From Octopus bimaculoides (lineage: Eukaryota), in contig NC_068981.1 in assembly GCF_001194135.2 (NCBI RefSeq), forward strand, positions 90,067,538 through 90,122,868: DNA of 55,331 bases, written 5' to 3'. A program made the translations under genes and the position numbers. The notes beneath the pieces were generated by a model. That model had not been told where the DNA came from. It saw only the letters and a program-made list of their open reading frames with translations, and made no database searches. Positions 1-11,324 of the stretch are shown piece after piece; the stretch's first letter is position 1; each line of letters opens with the position of its first letter.

Positions 1-123
1 GAAAAGAAATTAATGTATGCACAATACGTTTGTTACTTGAAATAATGTAAAAGTTAATAATTATATTTATTAATGCCTTATGAATGAATTTAGTGCACAG
101 TAACTGTGTGGAAACCCGTTATA

Positions 124-401
124 AAGTAATCCCTCGACTATCGCGGGTGTTACGTTCCAAAAAACCCCTCGATAGGTGAAAATCTGCGAGGTAGAAACAG
201 TACTGTACTGTATATTTTTTTAGTTATTTTTATAATTTGTATATATTTATTTTATTATAAATGCAAAACAGCACCACAGAGGAATCGACGTAAGCTTAAA
301 TAATAAACCGCGATAAGTGAACCACAGTAGGTGAACCGCGGTAGGTGAACCGCGATAGGTGAACCGCGCTAGGTGAACCGCAATATGGCGAAAGATTACT
401 G
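124..401. mobile_element. Tigger/pogo-type MITE
   Basis: Imperfect TIRs aagtaatccctcgactatcgcgg (124-146) and ccgcaatatggcgaaagattactg (378-401), TA on both flanks; no ORF; 14-bp tandem subterminal repeats at 306-390. Confidence 0.8.
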
Positions 402-405
402 TATA

Positions 406-672
406 TTTTCTTTTATTCTTTTACCTGTTTCAGTCATTTAACTGCGGCTATACTGGAGCACCACCTTGAAGGGTTTTAGTCGAATGAATCGACCTTAGGA
501 CTTATTTCTTAAGCCTAGTACTTATTCTATCGGTCTCTTTTGCTGANNNNNNNNNNATATATATATATATATATATATATACGCCGGGCTTCTTTCAGTT
601 TCCGTCCTACCAAATCCACTCATAAGGGCTTTGGTCGGCCTAAGGCTATAGTAGAAGACACTTGCCCAAGGT
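406..672 (-). mobile_element. SINE family A (OK-like), partial
   Basis: Shares tttac(c/t)tgtttcagtcatt...ggagcacc and cgggcttctttcagtttccgtc...ccaaggtg blocks with the copies at 45857 and 51481; contains a 10-N gap. Confidence 0.8.
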
Positions 673-782
673 GTTTCGTGTGAAAACTTTCGTGGCACCA
701 ATTTTCACCTGATCATTAACGCGATTCTATTTCAAAGGCAAATTGAACAAAGAGTGACATCAACGTTTTTCTTTTCTTCAAA

Positions 783-955
783 TAGTTGTTGTTATTGTAT
801 AACCCCAAATTAATCCTGATCTAGTAAGCAAAGGCTCTCCAACCATAACCGGCTCGTCTTCTTTTATAGAGCTACGACTACATTTTTCAATGTGTCTTTG
901 AATGAGAAGATTTGGCTGTCATTCATAGCATGTCAAGTGACCACGTAGAGGCTCC
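783..955 (+). repeat. Unclassified interspersed repeat (related copies near 20960-21040, 21540-21720, 27960-28035)
   Basis: Degenerate shared motif (gttgtt-rich lead, ...tgatc...aaaggc/tattcc...accat...) seen by eye in several places. Confidence 0.4.
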
Positions 956-1387
956 ATTGGCTCTTTTGCAATCTTTTCTGCCGGACAATCACCGTGGGGT
1001 ATCCTGGTAGGTCATAAAGAGCAGCATCAGCAACGAAATTTCCATTTCCGGTTGCAGCCTGTATGTTTCACTTTCGCTTTCTATGTCTTCAAGAAATAAG
1101 TTTTACAATCTCATCTCCACCCATTGTAAATAAGTGATCTGGTGTTCTTAAAACACAGTGTCTGGTGAAGTAAATCCCTATCACTTATTACTGGAGCGAT
1201 GTTTTATTTAAAATGATCTAGTTCTGTCTAGACTTCCAACGAATACGTACAGGGATGAGGTGATCGCCTTTATTACCAATCTCGCCTAAAACGAGCTGAA
1301 AGCTATCTGAAAGCTATCTGAAAGTCCCAACAGAGTTCGTCAATTTCTTTAACGCTTCAGTAGTGTACTATATACTGGCTGCTCGGT

Positions 1388-1759
1388 GGAGGCGCAATGG
1401 CCCAGTGGTTAGGGCAGCGGACTCGCGGTCATAGGATCGCGGTTTCGATTCCCAGACCGGGCATTGTGAGTGTTTATTGAGCGAAAACACCTAAAGCCCC
1501 ACGAGGCTCCGGCAGGAGATGGTGGCGAACCCTGCTGTACTCTTTCACCACAACTTTCTCTCACTCTTTCTTCCTGTTTCTGTTGTGCCTGTAATTCAAA
1601 GGGTCAGCCTTGTCACACTGTGTCACGCTGAATATCCCCGAGAATTACGTTAAGGGTACACGTGTCTGAGCACTTGCACGTTAATTTCACGTGCAGGCTG
1701 TTCCGTTGATCGGATCAACTGGAACCCTCGTCGTCGTAAGCGACGGAGTGCCAACAACA
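1388..1759 (+). mobile_element. SINE family B (tRNA-derived, OR-like, RTE-type (CAA)n tail), near full length with TSD
   Basis: A box tggcccagtgg, B box gtttcgattcc, tail acggagtgccaacaacaa; flanking duplication actggctgctc(g/a)gt at 1374-1387 and 1760-1773 (13/14). Confidence 0.9.
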
Positions 1760-3089
1760 ACTGGCTGCTCAGTAGAGCGTCAAACCTTACTCTCTGTAGA
1801 TGATTAGTCGAGAGCATGAATGAAAACATATATACAGTTAGATGTTAAAGGCGTCGATAAAAAATATGATGAATATACTTTTTTGGAGAACTTTCAGACC
1901 TGGGAATAGGGACATTTTCCAAAAGCAATTTTTCTCACTGAAGGCTATTGCAATTCTACTGTCATTGCAGTGCTATAAAACAACGTGTCTTGTAAATTTA
2001 TCACTGAAATCTATAGTGTGTAATTACAACACGATATAATTAAAAGTCGAGGAAACCACAAACACCGTAATTTCAGCACCTGCTAGTAATTCCATTGCAT
2101 CGTAAGTCAATACCTTGTTCATAGATTCATTTTAGTGACAAATAACTGTTGATAAATTCATTGTCATGCTTTATACTTTCAGAGTAAATAAATCTCTAAA
2201 CAATAATAAAAATGGCCGTCTGTGTATTATATTTAATGTATATACATCCTCGCCAAGCAAGTTACTATGGTAGTGGTAATATATTTTATATATATCGTAT
2301 ATATCTTAATATATCTATATATATATATCTTAAAAACACAATATATAACGGGGACAAACGAAAATCTTTTTTCAGCAGCGGTTAGCTAGAACTCCGAATG
2401 CATTTCGGCCTTGTCAATGACGTGGATTCACAGCCAACTACACGTTTAGAAGAGATTTGTCGCTTCCGATTTAGGAAACAGTGAATAAAACAATAAGACT
2501 GGTCTTGTGAATAGCCATCCTGCTGGATAAAAGTCTGGTGTACGAACTGAAGCAATATTGAATTAAAATAACCATCTATATATCACACTTAACCTATATA
2601 CATTGTTAACAGGCAAGCTACTACGGTATTCGTCTCGAGATAACATCACTAAATACATCGCAAAACGTTGTTTAAAGATTTTATTTACGGAGGAAATAGA
2701 TACGTCACACTTCCTTAACAATGAAAAGCAAAAAGAAAATATATATAAAATCAAATTTACTCTTTATATATATGAAAAACAAATCAACCAAGATTACTTT
2801 CAAAACCAGAAAAACATTTAAAAAATGCAATTAAAATCTAACGCTATTTCAAATTGAAGGATTGAAGAAATATTGTTAAAAGAAAAATAATGAGCTGTGC
2901 TACTACTTTACTTCATAATTTTCATATTTATTGACGGTGCGTTGAGTTTTCGCTGAACTATCTTTACATTTCTCTGCACAGGCAGATATGCTGTTCGATT
3001 ATTACTTTGTTTCTTGATTGTCCCACTTTCGAGATTTCCCCAAATTTCCAGATCGTAGGATTGATATTTCAATCAATTCACTGACTGAT

Positions 3090-3240
3090 CATTGCCAGCC
3101 TTCATAAAAACGGTTTGTCATTAAGGCACTTTCCTGAGTTCCATCAAAATGATCGATGAACTACACGACGTTCTGGACATCCAATCTACATTACATACTC
3201 GACATAATGCAAGATTTGCTAGTATTCTTCTGAATCGCAT
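3090..3240 (+). mobile_element. Possible decayed Tc1-like transposase N-terminal (HTH) fragment
   Basis: Frameshifted pieces IASLHKNGLSLR, RRSGHP..IT and HNARFASILLNR resemble the Tc1 HTH/GRPR region. Confidence 0.35.
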
Positions 3241-3529
3241 TCATGCGTGCCATCGTAGCAGCCATCGCATTCATGCGTGCCTTAAATGTAGTTATTATGA
3301 AAAATAAATGAACTGTATCTAAGACAGGCACAAATGCAATAGCTGCAATTATGCGCATCTTCACCACAAATTCTGTTATACATATATATAATTCAAAACA
3401 GGTTGATTCGGATTCCGAGTTTCGAAGCCCCTACTAGTTAGAATCCGAAATAATACATATAACTTCCAATAAATGTATTGAGTGCTCTTTCTTGTGTTTG
3501 TCCCACTCGTTCATACAGAGAGAGGGGGG

Positions 3530-3785
3530 GCGTAAGGTCGTGAGTTCGATTCCCGGTGACGCGTTGAGTCCTTGAGCAAGACACTTTATTTCACGTTGCT
3601 CCAGTCCACTCAGCTGGTAAAAATTAGTAGTACCTGCATTTCAAAGGGCCGGCCTTGTCACGCTATGTGTCACGCTGAGTCTCCCTGAGAACTACGTTAG
3701 GGGTACACGTGTCTGTGGATTGCTCAGTCACTTGCACGTTAATTTCATGAGCAGGCTGTTCCGTTGATCGTATCAGCTGGGACCC
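3530..3785 (+). mobile_element. SINE family C (CORE-like body) carrying the family-B 3' tail
   Basis: B box gagttcgattcc, CORE-like ccttgagcaagacactttatttcacgttgctccagtccactcagctg, then the same tail as 1388-1759; truncated by a gap. Confidence 0.8.
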
Positions 3786-3795
3786 NNNNNNNNNN

Positions 3796-3874
3796 ACACG
3801 CACACACACACATATATATATATATATACATATATATGTACTAGATAGATAGATAGATAGATAGATAGATCACA

Positions 3875-3922
<48 letters not shown>

Positions 3923-4070
3923 CACACATATATATATATATATACATATATATGTACTAGATAGATAGATAGATAGATAGATAGATCACACTCACACACA
4001 AACATACACACATGTGTGCGCGTGCGCGTGTGTGATGGCTGGCTGGATGGATGGATCGGTGCTCTCATAT
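3796..4070. repeat. Compound microsatellite (CA)n/(TA)n/(TAGA)n/(GGAT)n with a duplicated ~116-bp block
   Basis: gtac(TAGA)n-tcacactc occurs at 3838 and 3954. Confidence 0.9.
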
Positions 4071-4505
4071 ACAGAAAGAGGGATTTAAAGGAGATTTGTG
4101 TGCTATTTCTAAATGCCCGATTGACAAGGATGAGGCTTTTCTGTGGGTATTTATAAGCCAATGTAGGATATTCTATGAGAATATGATATATTGTCTCAGG
4201 AAATTACTCACATTAGTGTCATTAAGTCTCCGGTATTTTCTTTTTATATCTCCTTCAGTGAATCTCGGAGTGATGACCTTTTACTTTATAGCAAAAATGT
4301 TGTTTCTGTTGTTCCACTTAGGTCTTTTGTCTTATTTCATTTCATTTCTGTATCTACTTCTAATTTTTTATTCTTTGTTTTGGGGCTGTTTTTTGTCTTG
4401 CTGTTTTGTTTGTTTTGACAGGATCAACAGATAATTTTTATGTTCACGAAAATGTAGGCTTTAAGACAGTATACATTGTTTTTCATGAAAGTCATCATAT
4501 TTGTC

Positions 4506-4506
<1 letters not shown>

Positions 4507-4593
<87 letters not shown>

Positions 4594-4818
4594 ATTATTA
4601 TTATATACTGATCTTGTGGCAGTCGCCTCTTGGAGGGAGGAACGAAATTTATATAACTGCTATATTATTACGTAGTATATTTTTGTATCTTCTCTCTCCT
4701 TATGGATATATAATATATATGTACATATATACATACATACATACATACATACATACATACATACATACATACATACATGCGTACGTACATACGTACATAT
4801 ATATATATATATATATAT
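4507..4818. repeat. Microsatellites (ATT)n, (TACA)n, (TA)n
   Basis: Direct inspection. Confidence 0.95.
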
Positions 4819-4929
4819 AGTCAATCACATGTAGAAAGTGTTCGCCTCCATTTTGGAAAGCACAGCCTCGTTTAATTCGCGGTGGTTCTCGTGAATTCAC
4901 GTGAATAAAACAATGAATCAATGAATCAA

Positions 4930-5180
4930 GGATCCTTACTTATTTGTCTCCCTTGGATCTGTCTTTTGGGCAAAGTGTTGTGTGGTCAATTTGTTTGCAT
5001 TATTTTGTTTTTGATTTGGGCATGGTGTTCTTATACTTGTGTGCTGAGGAAGTTCGTCAGTGGGGCATATTTTTTCTATGTGTGGAGTTTTTGTGCTATG
5101 TGTGTTCAGATTTCACGTTTAAGAAAGGGGTTATCCTGGTAGGATTACCGTTGCAGCTATTGGTTCTTCTTTGAAATATT
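4930..5180 (-). mobile_element. Possible non-LTR retrotransposon 3' fragment (a similar fragment may lie at 13650-13860)
   Basis: Minus-strand broken translation PLTNFLSTQV*EHHAQIK resembles PLNKHLHEQ..KHYD-like text at 13.7 kb; strongly A/C-skewed on the minus strand. Confidence 0.3.
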
Positions 5181-5234
5181 CGAGTTGCTCGTCGTTCTGA
5201 TATATGTCTTTACTATTCCGTTGATCACGGACCC

Positions 5235-5460
5235 CAACGGAATAGCAAAGACGTATATCTGAATGACAGGCAACATGTTCAAGGAAATGTATACACAACA
5301 TCTGGTATCATTCAGAGACAAAAATTTTTAAAAACAGGCAACATTCTTGTCAAATATGATATGGACATTGAAAGAAGGTAAGATAAGCAACTCCAACTCC
5401 CAGATAGAATGGGAAATTATTGCTAAAGCCAAGAAATAGAGAGGCCGAATTACCAAATGT
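5235..5460 (+). mobile_element. Penelope-like element, GIY-YIG endonuclease fragment (decayed)
   Basis: Translation KTYI*MTGNMFKEMYTQHLVSFR...LSNMIWTLKE...IEWEIIAKA matches the PLE YIG..T..FK.R...H..SF...LS.YIW.LK....W.I pattern. Confidence 0.7.
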
Positions 5461-5560
5461 CAGCGAGTTTACTAGGTGTAGCGAAAAATGTAGGACGCGC
5501 TATTCTACTGTTCTACATGCCTAAACCTGAATTGTAAGACTTTCATTATTTCTATTGCAT

Positions 5561-5757
5561 GAGGCGGCCAGCTGGCAGAATCTTTAGCACGTCAGCCAAA
5601 ATCTTTGTGGCATTTCGTCCGTCTTTACGTTCTGAGTTAAAATTCTACTGAAGTCGACTTTGCCTTTCATCCTTTATTGGTCGATAAATTAATTACCAGT
5701 AGAGTACTGGAGTATGGAATATAATCGACTTAATTCCTCCTCCAAACTTTCAGGCCT
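5561..5757 (+). mobile_element. SINE family N (tRNA head plus Nin-like central domain)
   Basis: gcggccagctggcagaatc, gagttaaaattc, gtcgactttgcctttcatcc...gtcgataaa..accag; same blocks in about 20 copies in the window. Confidence 0.8.
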
Positions 5758-5759
5758 GG

Positions 5760-5895
5760 GGTTTACCAGTTACTGCAACAGGATCAGATACTGCACCAAC
5801 TAGGGTTCCAAGGGCCCACAGCTCTTCAATATTCTCCCACAAAACCTGAGACCTATATGAGGTGGATGTAGGTGTCTTCAAAACAAAACAAATCA
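5760..5895 (+). mobile_element. CR1/L2-group LINE 3' fragment
   Basis: IRYCTN*GSKGPQLFNILPQNLR...VGVFKTK; GPxLFNxLP is typical of the CR1-group ORF2 C-terminus. Confidence 0.65.
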
Positions 5896-5949
5896 CAGTG
5901 GAGATAGTCATAAAAACTATCAAGATTTATTTGAAGCAATATAATGAGA

Positions 5950-6660
5950 TTTGGTAAAGGAAATCTTAAATCAAGATGTTAGCTGACAATTAAAGGGGCA
6001 AGTCAATAGTAGACCATTGATATTGAAACAGGGAAAATCTTATGTGGTACTATAGTAAAAAATTTTTAACAATATTGTCATATTGTATACAGTGAAAGTT
6101 TAGGATTATTCAGAAGATTATTAAGAAGAATATTATAACAAAAGGATAAAAAGTTTTTTTGAATACTTTTGAGTATATACCAAACTTTTACCACAATAGA
6201 GGGAGGACAAGAAATTATCTAGAAATAGCTTAATATTTATACATATTATATACTTAAATACTAACTTATCAGATGGTATCTTTGAAAATCGATCAATTGG
6301 TATTTACTGGTATTTAATAAAGGAGTACTGAGGTAAAAGAACATGCTAACTATATATTAATTAAATTATAATCTAAGCAGTTTATTTTAAGTAATGAATA
6401 TACCAGTATTGTTTTATATAAACTAAGTATGAATTTATAGAGGTATAAAAATTAGATTTATTTTATAAATAAAGGCTATTATAAAATAATTATTAGTCAG
6501 GTCATTTCTGGAAATGGTGACTTATTAGAGAATCTCGGGAAAGTGTCTTGCTTTGTAGACCCAGGATTTTTAAGCAATGCTGGTACCTCGTGTACCCTCA
6601 ATTATAATTTCAATCAATTATAAAATTTATGGATTTGCCCTTTATCGGCTTAAACGCTTG
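5950..6660 (+). pseudogene. Heavily decayed fragment resembling an RNA polymerase largest subunit (RPB1-like)
   Basis: Colinear motifs IETGKILCGT (6022-6051), HIVYSE (6079-6096), FEN (6281-6289), ISQVI (6492-6506), ESRESV (6530-6547), QDF*AM..R (6562-6591), GF...RL (6631-6651), with many stops and frameshifts. Confidence 0.55.
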
Positions 6661-6692
6661 CTGGCCACTTATATTATTATTGTTATTTATTT

Positions 6693-6709
6693 ACTACTAC
6701 TACTACTAC

Positions 6710-6751
<42 letters not shown>

Positions 6752-6805
6752 CAAAAATTATAATATCTATATGAATATTTATTTGAATATTTATTCATCT
6801 ATGGA

Positions 6806-6900
<95 letters not shown>

Positions 6901-7150
6901 CGTGCGTGCGTGTGCGTGTGTGCATGTGTGTGTGTACACATATACATATATTTGAATGAAATGAATTATGAATCAACTGATATTCCCGTGCGTCTATGTG
7001 AAGCTCCGTGTGTGCACGTATTTGAATCTCTCCTTGTGCGCGTATGTGAATCTCTGTGTGTGCGTATGTGAATCTCTGTGTGTGTGCGTATGTGAGCGTG
7101 TGTCTGTGCGCGTGTATGCGTGCTTGTATGTTTGTGCGTGTGTGCGCGTA
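6693..7150. repeat. Microsatellite cluster (TAC)n(AAT)n, long (TG)n, and a 22-24-bp minisatellite tatgtgaatctctgtgtgtgcg (7020-7100)
   Basis: Direct inspection. Confidence 0.9.
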
Positions 7151-7758
7151 TAATCGTCATGACCACTGCAGATTACACGGTTTCAAAACAGCTCCAAAAC
7201 TGGGTCATACTCACAAAAAAAGTTAAAACAAAACAGAACATTACATCACCGACTTGGTCTTACAGTACCTCAGAACCAGCCAACTGCACGGATTCACTTT
7301 GCTTGTCTATAATGGAGCCCTTTGTAACTTCCAAGCATTAACTCCGGATATAGCCTTGCTTTGTTTCGCAAGCCCACTTACATCACTATTGGCAATAAGT
7401 TTTGTCTGCATGGACTTTTATAACTGTCATATCAGTTTGCTGTGTAAACCAAAACTATTTCAGCAATTAGAAGCTTTTTGTTTTTCTTTTCCTTTTTAAG
7501 TGTGCACAAACCAGGCTTTCATTAAATTTTAAAAATAGGCCATCAATGGCTGCTTCTGGAATGTGAATTCTAATTACTGTCCTTCGCGTTCTTATTTTCC
7601 TTTCTAATTTAATTGTTTCATTCATCCACTGATATAAAAAGTTACGTCATTTCCTCCTCATCACCAAGCTCAAGTTTTGCTTTAGGCCAATAAATATCTC
7701 CTCTCAGCTGATGTGATAGTGTATCAGTGAACAAAATTTTAATACGAATAAATGTATA

Positions 7759-7922
7759 TGGCGCAGGCATGATGTGAGGCCAGGAAGCTGGATTCGCATC
7801 CGTATGGTTTCGGCTTCAGTCTCACTTCGTGGGATCTTGGGCAAGTGCCTTGCACTATAGACCCAGGCCGACCAAAGCCTTGTGTGTATATTTGCCATGT
7901 AGAAATAAACCAGTTATGTGTG
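7759..7922 (+). mobile_element. SINE family A, 5' part (diverged)
   Basis: ggcgcagg...ttcagtctcacttcgtgggatcttgggcaagtg...gccgaccaaagccttgtg; runs into a gap. Confidence 0.7.
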
Positions 7923-8741
7923 NNNNNNNNNNNNNNNNNNNNNNNNNNNNNNNNNNNNNNNNNNNNNNNNNNNNNNNNNNNNNNNNNNNNNNNNNNNNNN
8001 NNNNNNNNNNNNNNNNNNNNNNNNNNNNNNNNNNNNNNNNNNNNNNNNNNNNNNNNNNNNNNNNNNNNNNNNNNNNNNNNNNNNNNNNNNNNNNNNNNNN
8101 NNNNNNNNNNNNNNNNNNNNNNNNNNNNNNNNNNNNNNNNNNNNNNNNNNNNNNNNNNNNNNNNNNNNNNNNNNNNNNNNNNNNNNNNNNNNNNNNNNNN
8201 NNNNNNNNNNNNNNNNNNNNNNNNNNNNNNNNNNNNNNNNNNNNNNNNNNNNNNNNNNNNNNNNNNNNNNNNNNNNNNNNNNNNNNNNNNNNNNNNNNNN
8301 NNNNNNNNNNNNNNNNNNNNNNNNNNNNNNNNNNNNNNNNNNNNNNNNNNNNNNNNNNNNNNNNNNNNNNNNNNNNNNNNNNNNNNNNNNNNNNNNNNNN
8401 NNNNNNNNNNNNNNNNNNNNNNNNNNNNNNNNNNNNNNNNNNNNNNNNNNNNNNNNNNNNNNNNNNNNNNNNNNNNNNNNNNNNNNNNNNNNNNNNNNNN
8501 NNNNNNNNNNNNNNNNNNNNNNNNNNNNNNNNNNNNNNNNNNNNNNNNNNNNNNNNNNNNNNNNNNNNNNNNNNNNNNNNNNNNNNNNNNNNNNNNNNNN
8601 NNNNNNNNNNNNNNNNNNNNNNNNNNNNNNNNNNNNNNNNNNNNNNNNNNNNNNNNNNNNNNNNNNNNNNNNNNNNNNNNNNNNNNNNNNNNNNNNNNNN
8701 NNNNNNNNNNNNNNNNNNNNNNNNNNNNNNNNNNNNNNNNN

Positions 8742-9534
8742 AAATCAGCATTGTCTTGACAGTGGACTTCACTTGGTGCGCGTTTTGGGGGTGTGGTGAC
8801 ATTGAATTTTTTCATTGACTTGATTGCTGCTTCGTTTCCGGGTCGTAGCCGTAGCAGGAGCTTTCGTCACCAGTGATGACCTTTCAAAAAAGTTCCGGAT
8901 CAACTTCCAGCTGTTCTTTCAGTTCACGAGACGCATTCAGTCGTGACTTCTTTTGATCTTCTGTGAGCAAGTAAAGCTCAAATTTTGCTGCAACTCTTTT
9001 CATTCGCAGTCCCTCGCTCAAAATTCGTTGGAAAGAGCTCCAGGACACACCAATCATATCAACAAGTTCGTCAATTGTGTGGCGACGGTCCTCCAAGATA
9101 AGTTCACGAATTTTCGTGATGTTTTTATTCGTTCGCGAGGTCGACTGTCATCCTGAACGAGGTTGGTCTTCAAGCGAAAAGGACCATTCCTAAACCGTGT
9201 AAACCACTCGTAAACTTGTGTTTTTCTCATGGCAGCGTCCTTGTAAGCTGTTTGAAGCATGACAACTGTTTTGGCTGCAGTTTTCCCCAGCAGAAAACAG
9301 AATTTCACGGAAGCACGCTGTTCCTTCGTTTCAGCCATCGCAAAAATCAACGAACAGGGGAGAAGCACTACAGAACAAAGATGCACCACGTAGCAGTACG
9401 ACATGAGACGACGACGCCGGTCAGCAGACTGGTGCCTGAGGATCGCATGAAGTGACTTCTAGTGGCAGAAGCCTTAACCGCAACGGGCTTGTCCCACAGA
9501 GAACGTTTTCGGTTACTTTTGGGTACCACTTCGT
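8742..9534 (-). mobile_element. mariner transposon, 5' half with frameshifted transposase pseudogene
   Basis: ATG at 9338 (MAETKEQRASVKFCFLLGK...VYEWFTRF), RVAAKF, ITGDE..YGYDPETKQQS (first catalytic Asp near 8863-8877), TIR-like acgaagtggtacccaaaagtaaccg ending at 9534; left part lost in a gap. Confidence 0.9.
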
Positions 9535-9826
9535 TCGCCTGAGAAAACAACTAGATCTCATAATGCAAAGAAACAGTTGCACAATCAAGTACCTGCACAC
9601 CTGAGAACTACGTTGCTTGGGAACAATTGTAGTGATTAAAAACTAAATGTCCACTCGTACCTTTTCATGTTGACTCTATTTTTTTCAATTATCTATTCAC
9701 ACACGACAGATACACAAACGCAAACCTAGAGGTACGCATAATCCTACTACTGGATAGCACAGGGTGAAATCTGAAGGTGGACGAGCTTTATACTGTACTT
9801 TACTACGTTCTTAACAGAATATACCA

Positions 9827-10278
9827 TCTAATATAATAAATGCGAAAACTAATTTCTGTGTGTCAGTGTGTCACACTTAGACCCCCTCTTTCACTAAACA
9901 ACAACACTCTTACAGTTCCTCATGATGGGGTGAGAGTAATAGTAGGCATAGAGACGGAGAGAGCGGTGACGAAGACCGAGAGAGAGAGAAAAAAAGAAAA
10001 AGAGAGGGAGAGAGAGACAAAGAAATTTTGGGAAAGTTGATAATGTTTTATTAAAAGCTGTAGTGTTGATATTGTCAGTGGGAGTAATAATAAAAGAGAG
10101 AGAAAGAGTGGGTATGTGAGAGAAAGAGGGAGATGATGTACAACTTTGTTTAACCATGTCTCTTTGATAGAAATTCCTATCGCCATCATACTGAACGTAT
10201 CATTTTTGTTTAATTTTTTGCTTTCTTTAATATTATTGTTTCCACCTGTCTTATTGTATTGGGATGTGACTTCTTGTG
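9827..10278 (+). mobile_element. Helitron-like non-autonomous element, 5' part
   Basis: Begins a|tctaatataataaa followed by gtgtcagtgtgtcac; the same head recurs at 11325 and about 11575. Confidence 0.45.
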
Positions 10279-11324
10279 NNNNNNNNNNNNNNNNNNNNNN
10301 NNNNNNNNNNNNNNNNNNNNNNNNNNNNNNNNNNNNNNNNNNNNNNNNNNNNNNNNNNNNNNNNNNNNNNNNNNNNNNNNNNNNNNNNNNNNNNNNNNNN
10401 NNNNNNNNNNNNNNNNNNNNNNNNNNNNNNNNNNNNNNNNNNNNNNNNNNNNNNNNNNNNNNNNNNNNNNNNNNNNNNNNNNNNNNNNNNNNNNNNNNNN
10501 NNNNNNNNNNNNNNNNNNNNNNNNNNNNNNNNNNNNNNNNNNNNNNNNNNNNNNNNNNNNNNNNNNNNNNNNNNNNNNNNNNNNNNNNNNNNNNNNNNNN
10601 NNNNNNNNNNNNNNNNNNNNNNNNNNNNNNNNNNNNNNNNNNNNNNNNNNNNNNNNNNNNNNNNNNNNNNNNNNNNNNNNNNNNNNNNNNNNNNNNNNNN
10701 NNNNNNNNNNNNNNNNNNNNNNNNNNNNNNNNNNNNNNNNNNNNNNNNNNNNNNNNNNNNNNNNNNNNNNNNNNNNNNNNNNNNNNNNNNNNNNNNNNNN
10801 NNNNNNNNNNNNNNNNNNNNNNNNNNNNNNNNNNNNNNNNNNNNNNNNNNNNNNNNNNNNNNNNNNNNNNNNNNNNNNNNNNNNNNNNNNNNNNNNNNNN
10901 NNNNNNNNNNNNNNNNNNNNNNNNNNNNNNNNNNNNNNNNNNNNNNNNNNNNNNNNNNNNNNNNNNNNNNNNNNNNNNNNNNNNNNNNNNNNNNNNNNNN
11001 NNNNNNNNNNNNNNNNNNNNNNNNNNNNNNNNNNNNNNNNNNNNNNNNNNNNNNNNNNNNNNNNNNNNNNNNNNNNNNNNNNNNNNNNNNNNNNNNNNNN
11101 NNNNNNNNNNNNNNNNNNNNNNNNNNNNNNNNNNNNNNNNNNNNNNNNNNNNNNNNNNNNNNNNNNNNNNNNNNNNNNNNNNNNNNNNNNNNNNNNNNNN
11201 NGTGTGTTTTTATTGGCTAAACTGGCAATATGACCATCCCCAAGTACAACAATATATATATATATATATACACATATATAAAATACACTTTAATTGAAAT
11301 AAAGTTTTCCAAAAACTAAACATA

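Noticed and set aside
306-390. Short regularly repeated 14-mers suggestive of a CRISPR-like array
   Set aside because: Units are contiguous with no unique spacers, lie inside a MITE, and the DNA is eukaryotic with no cas genes.
990-1058. Minus-strand peptide AATGNGNFVADAALYDLPGYPT looking exon-like
   Set aside because: The acceptor lacks a pyrimidine tract, there is an in-frame stop just upstream, and no family is recognised.
1388-1460. tRNA genes at SINE heads (also 14430-14506, 17350-17420, 33380-33440 and others)
   Set aside because: They have A/B boxes only, broken cloverleaf stems and run into SINE bodies; treated as SINEs.
7323-7440. Possible minus-strand exon with good acceptor and gtaagt donor near 7380-7440
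   Set aside because: Stops in all three frames; at best non-coding and unsupported.
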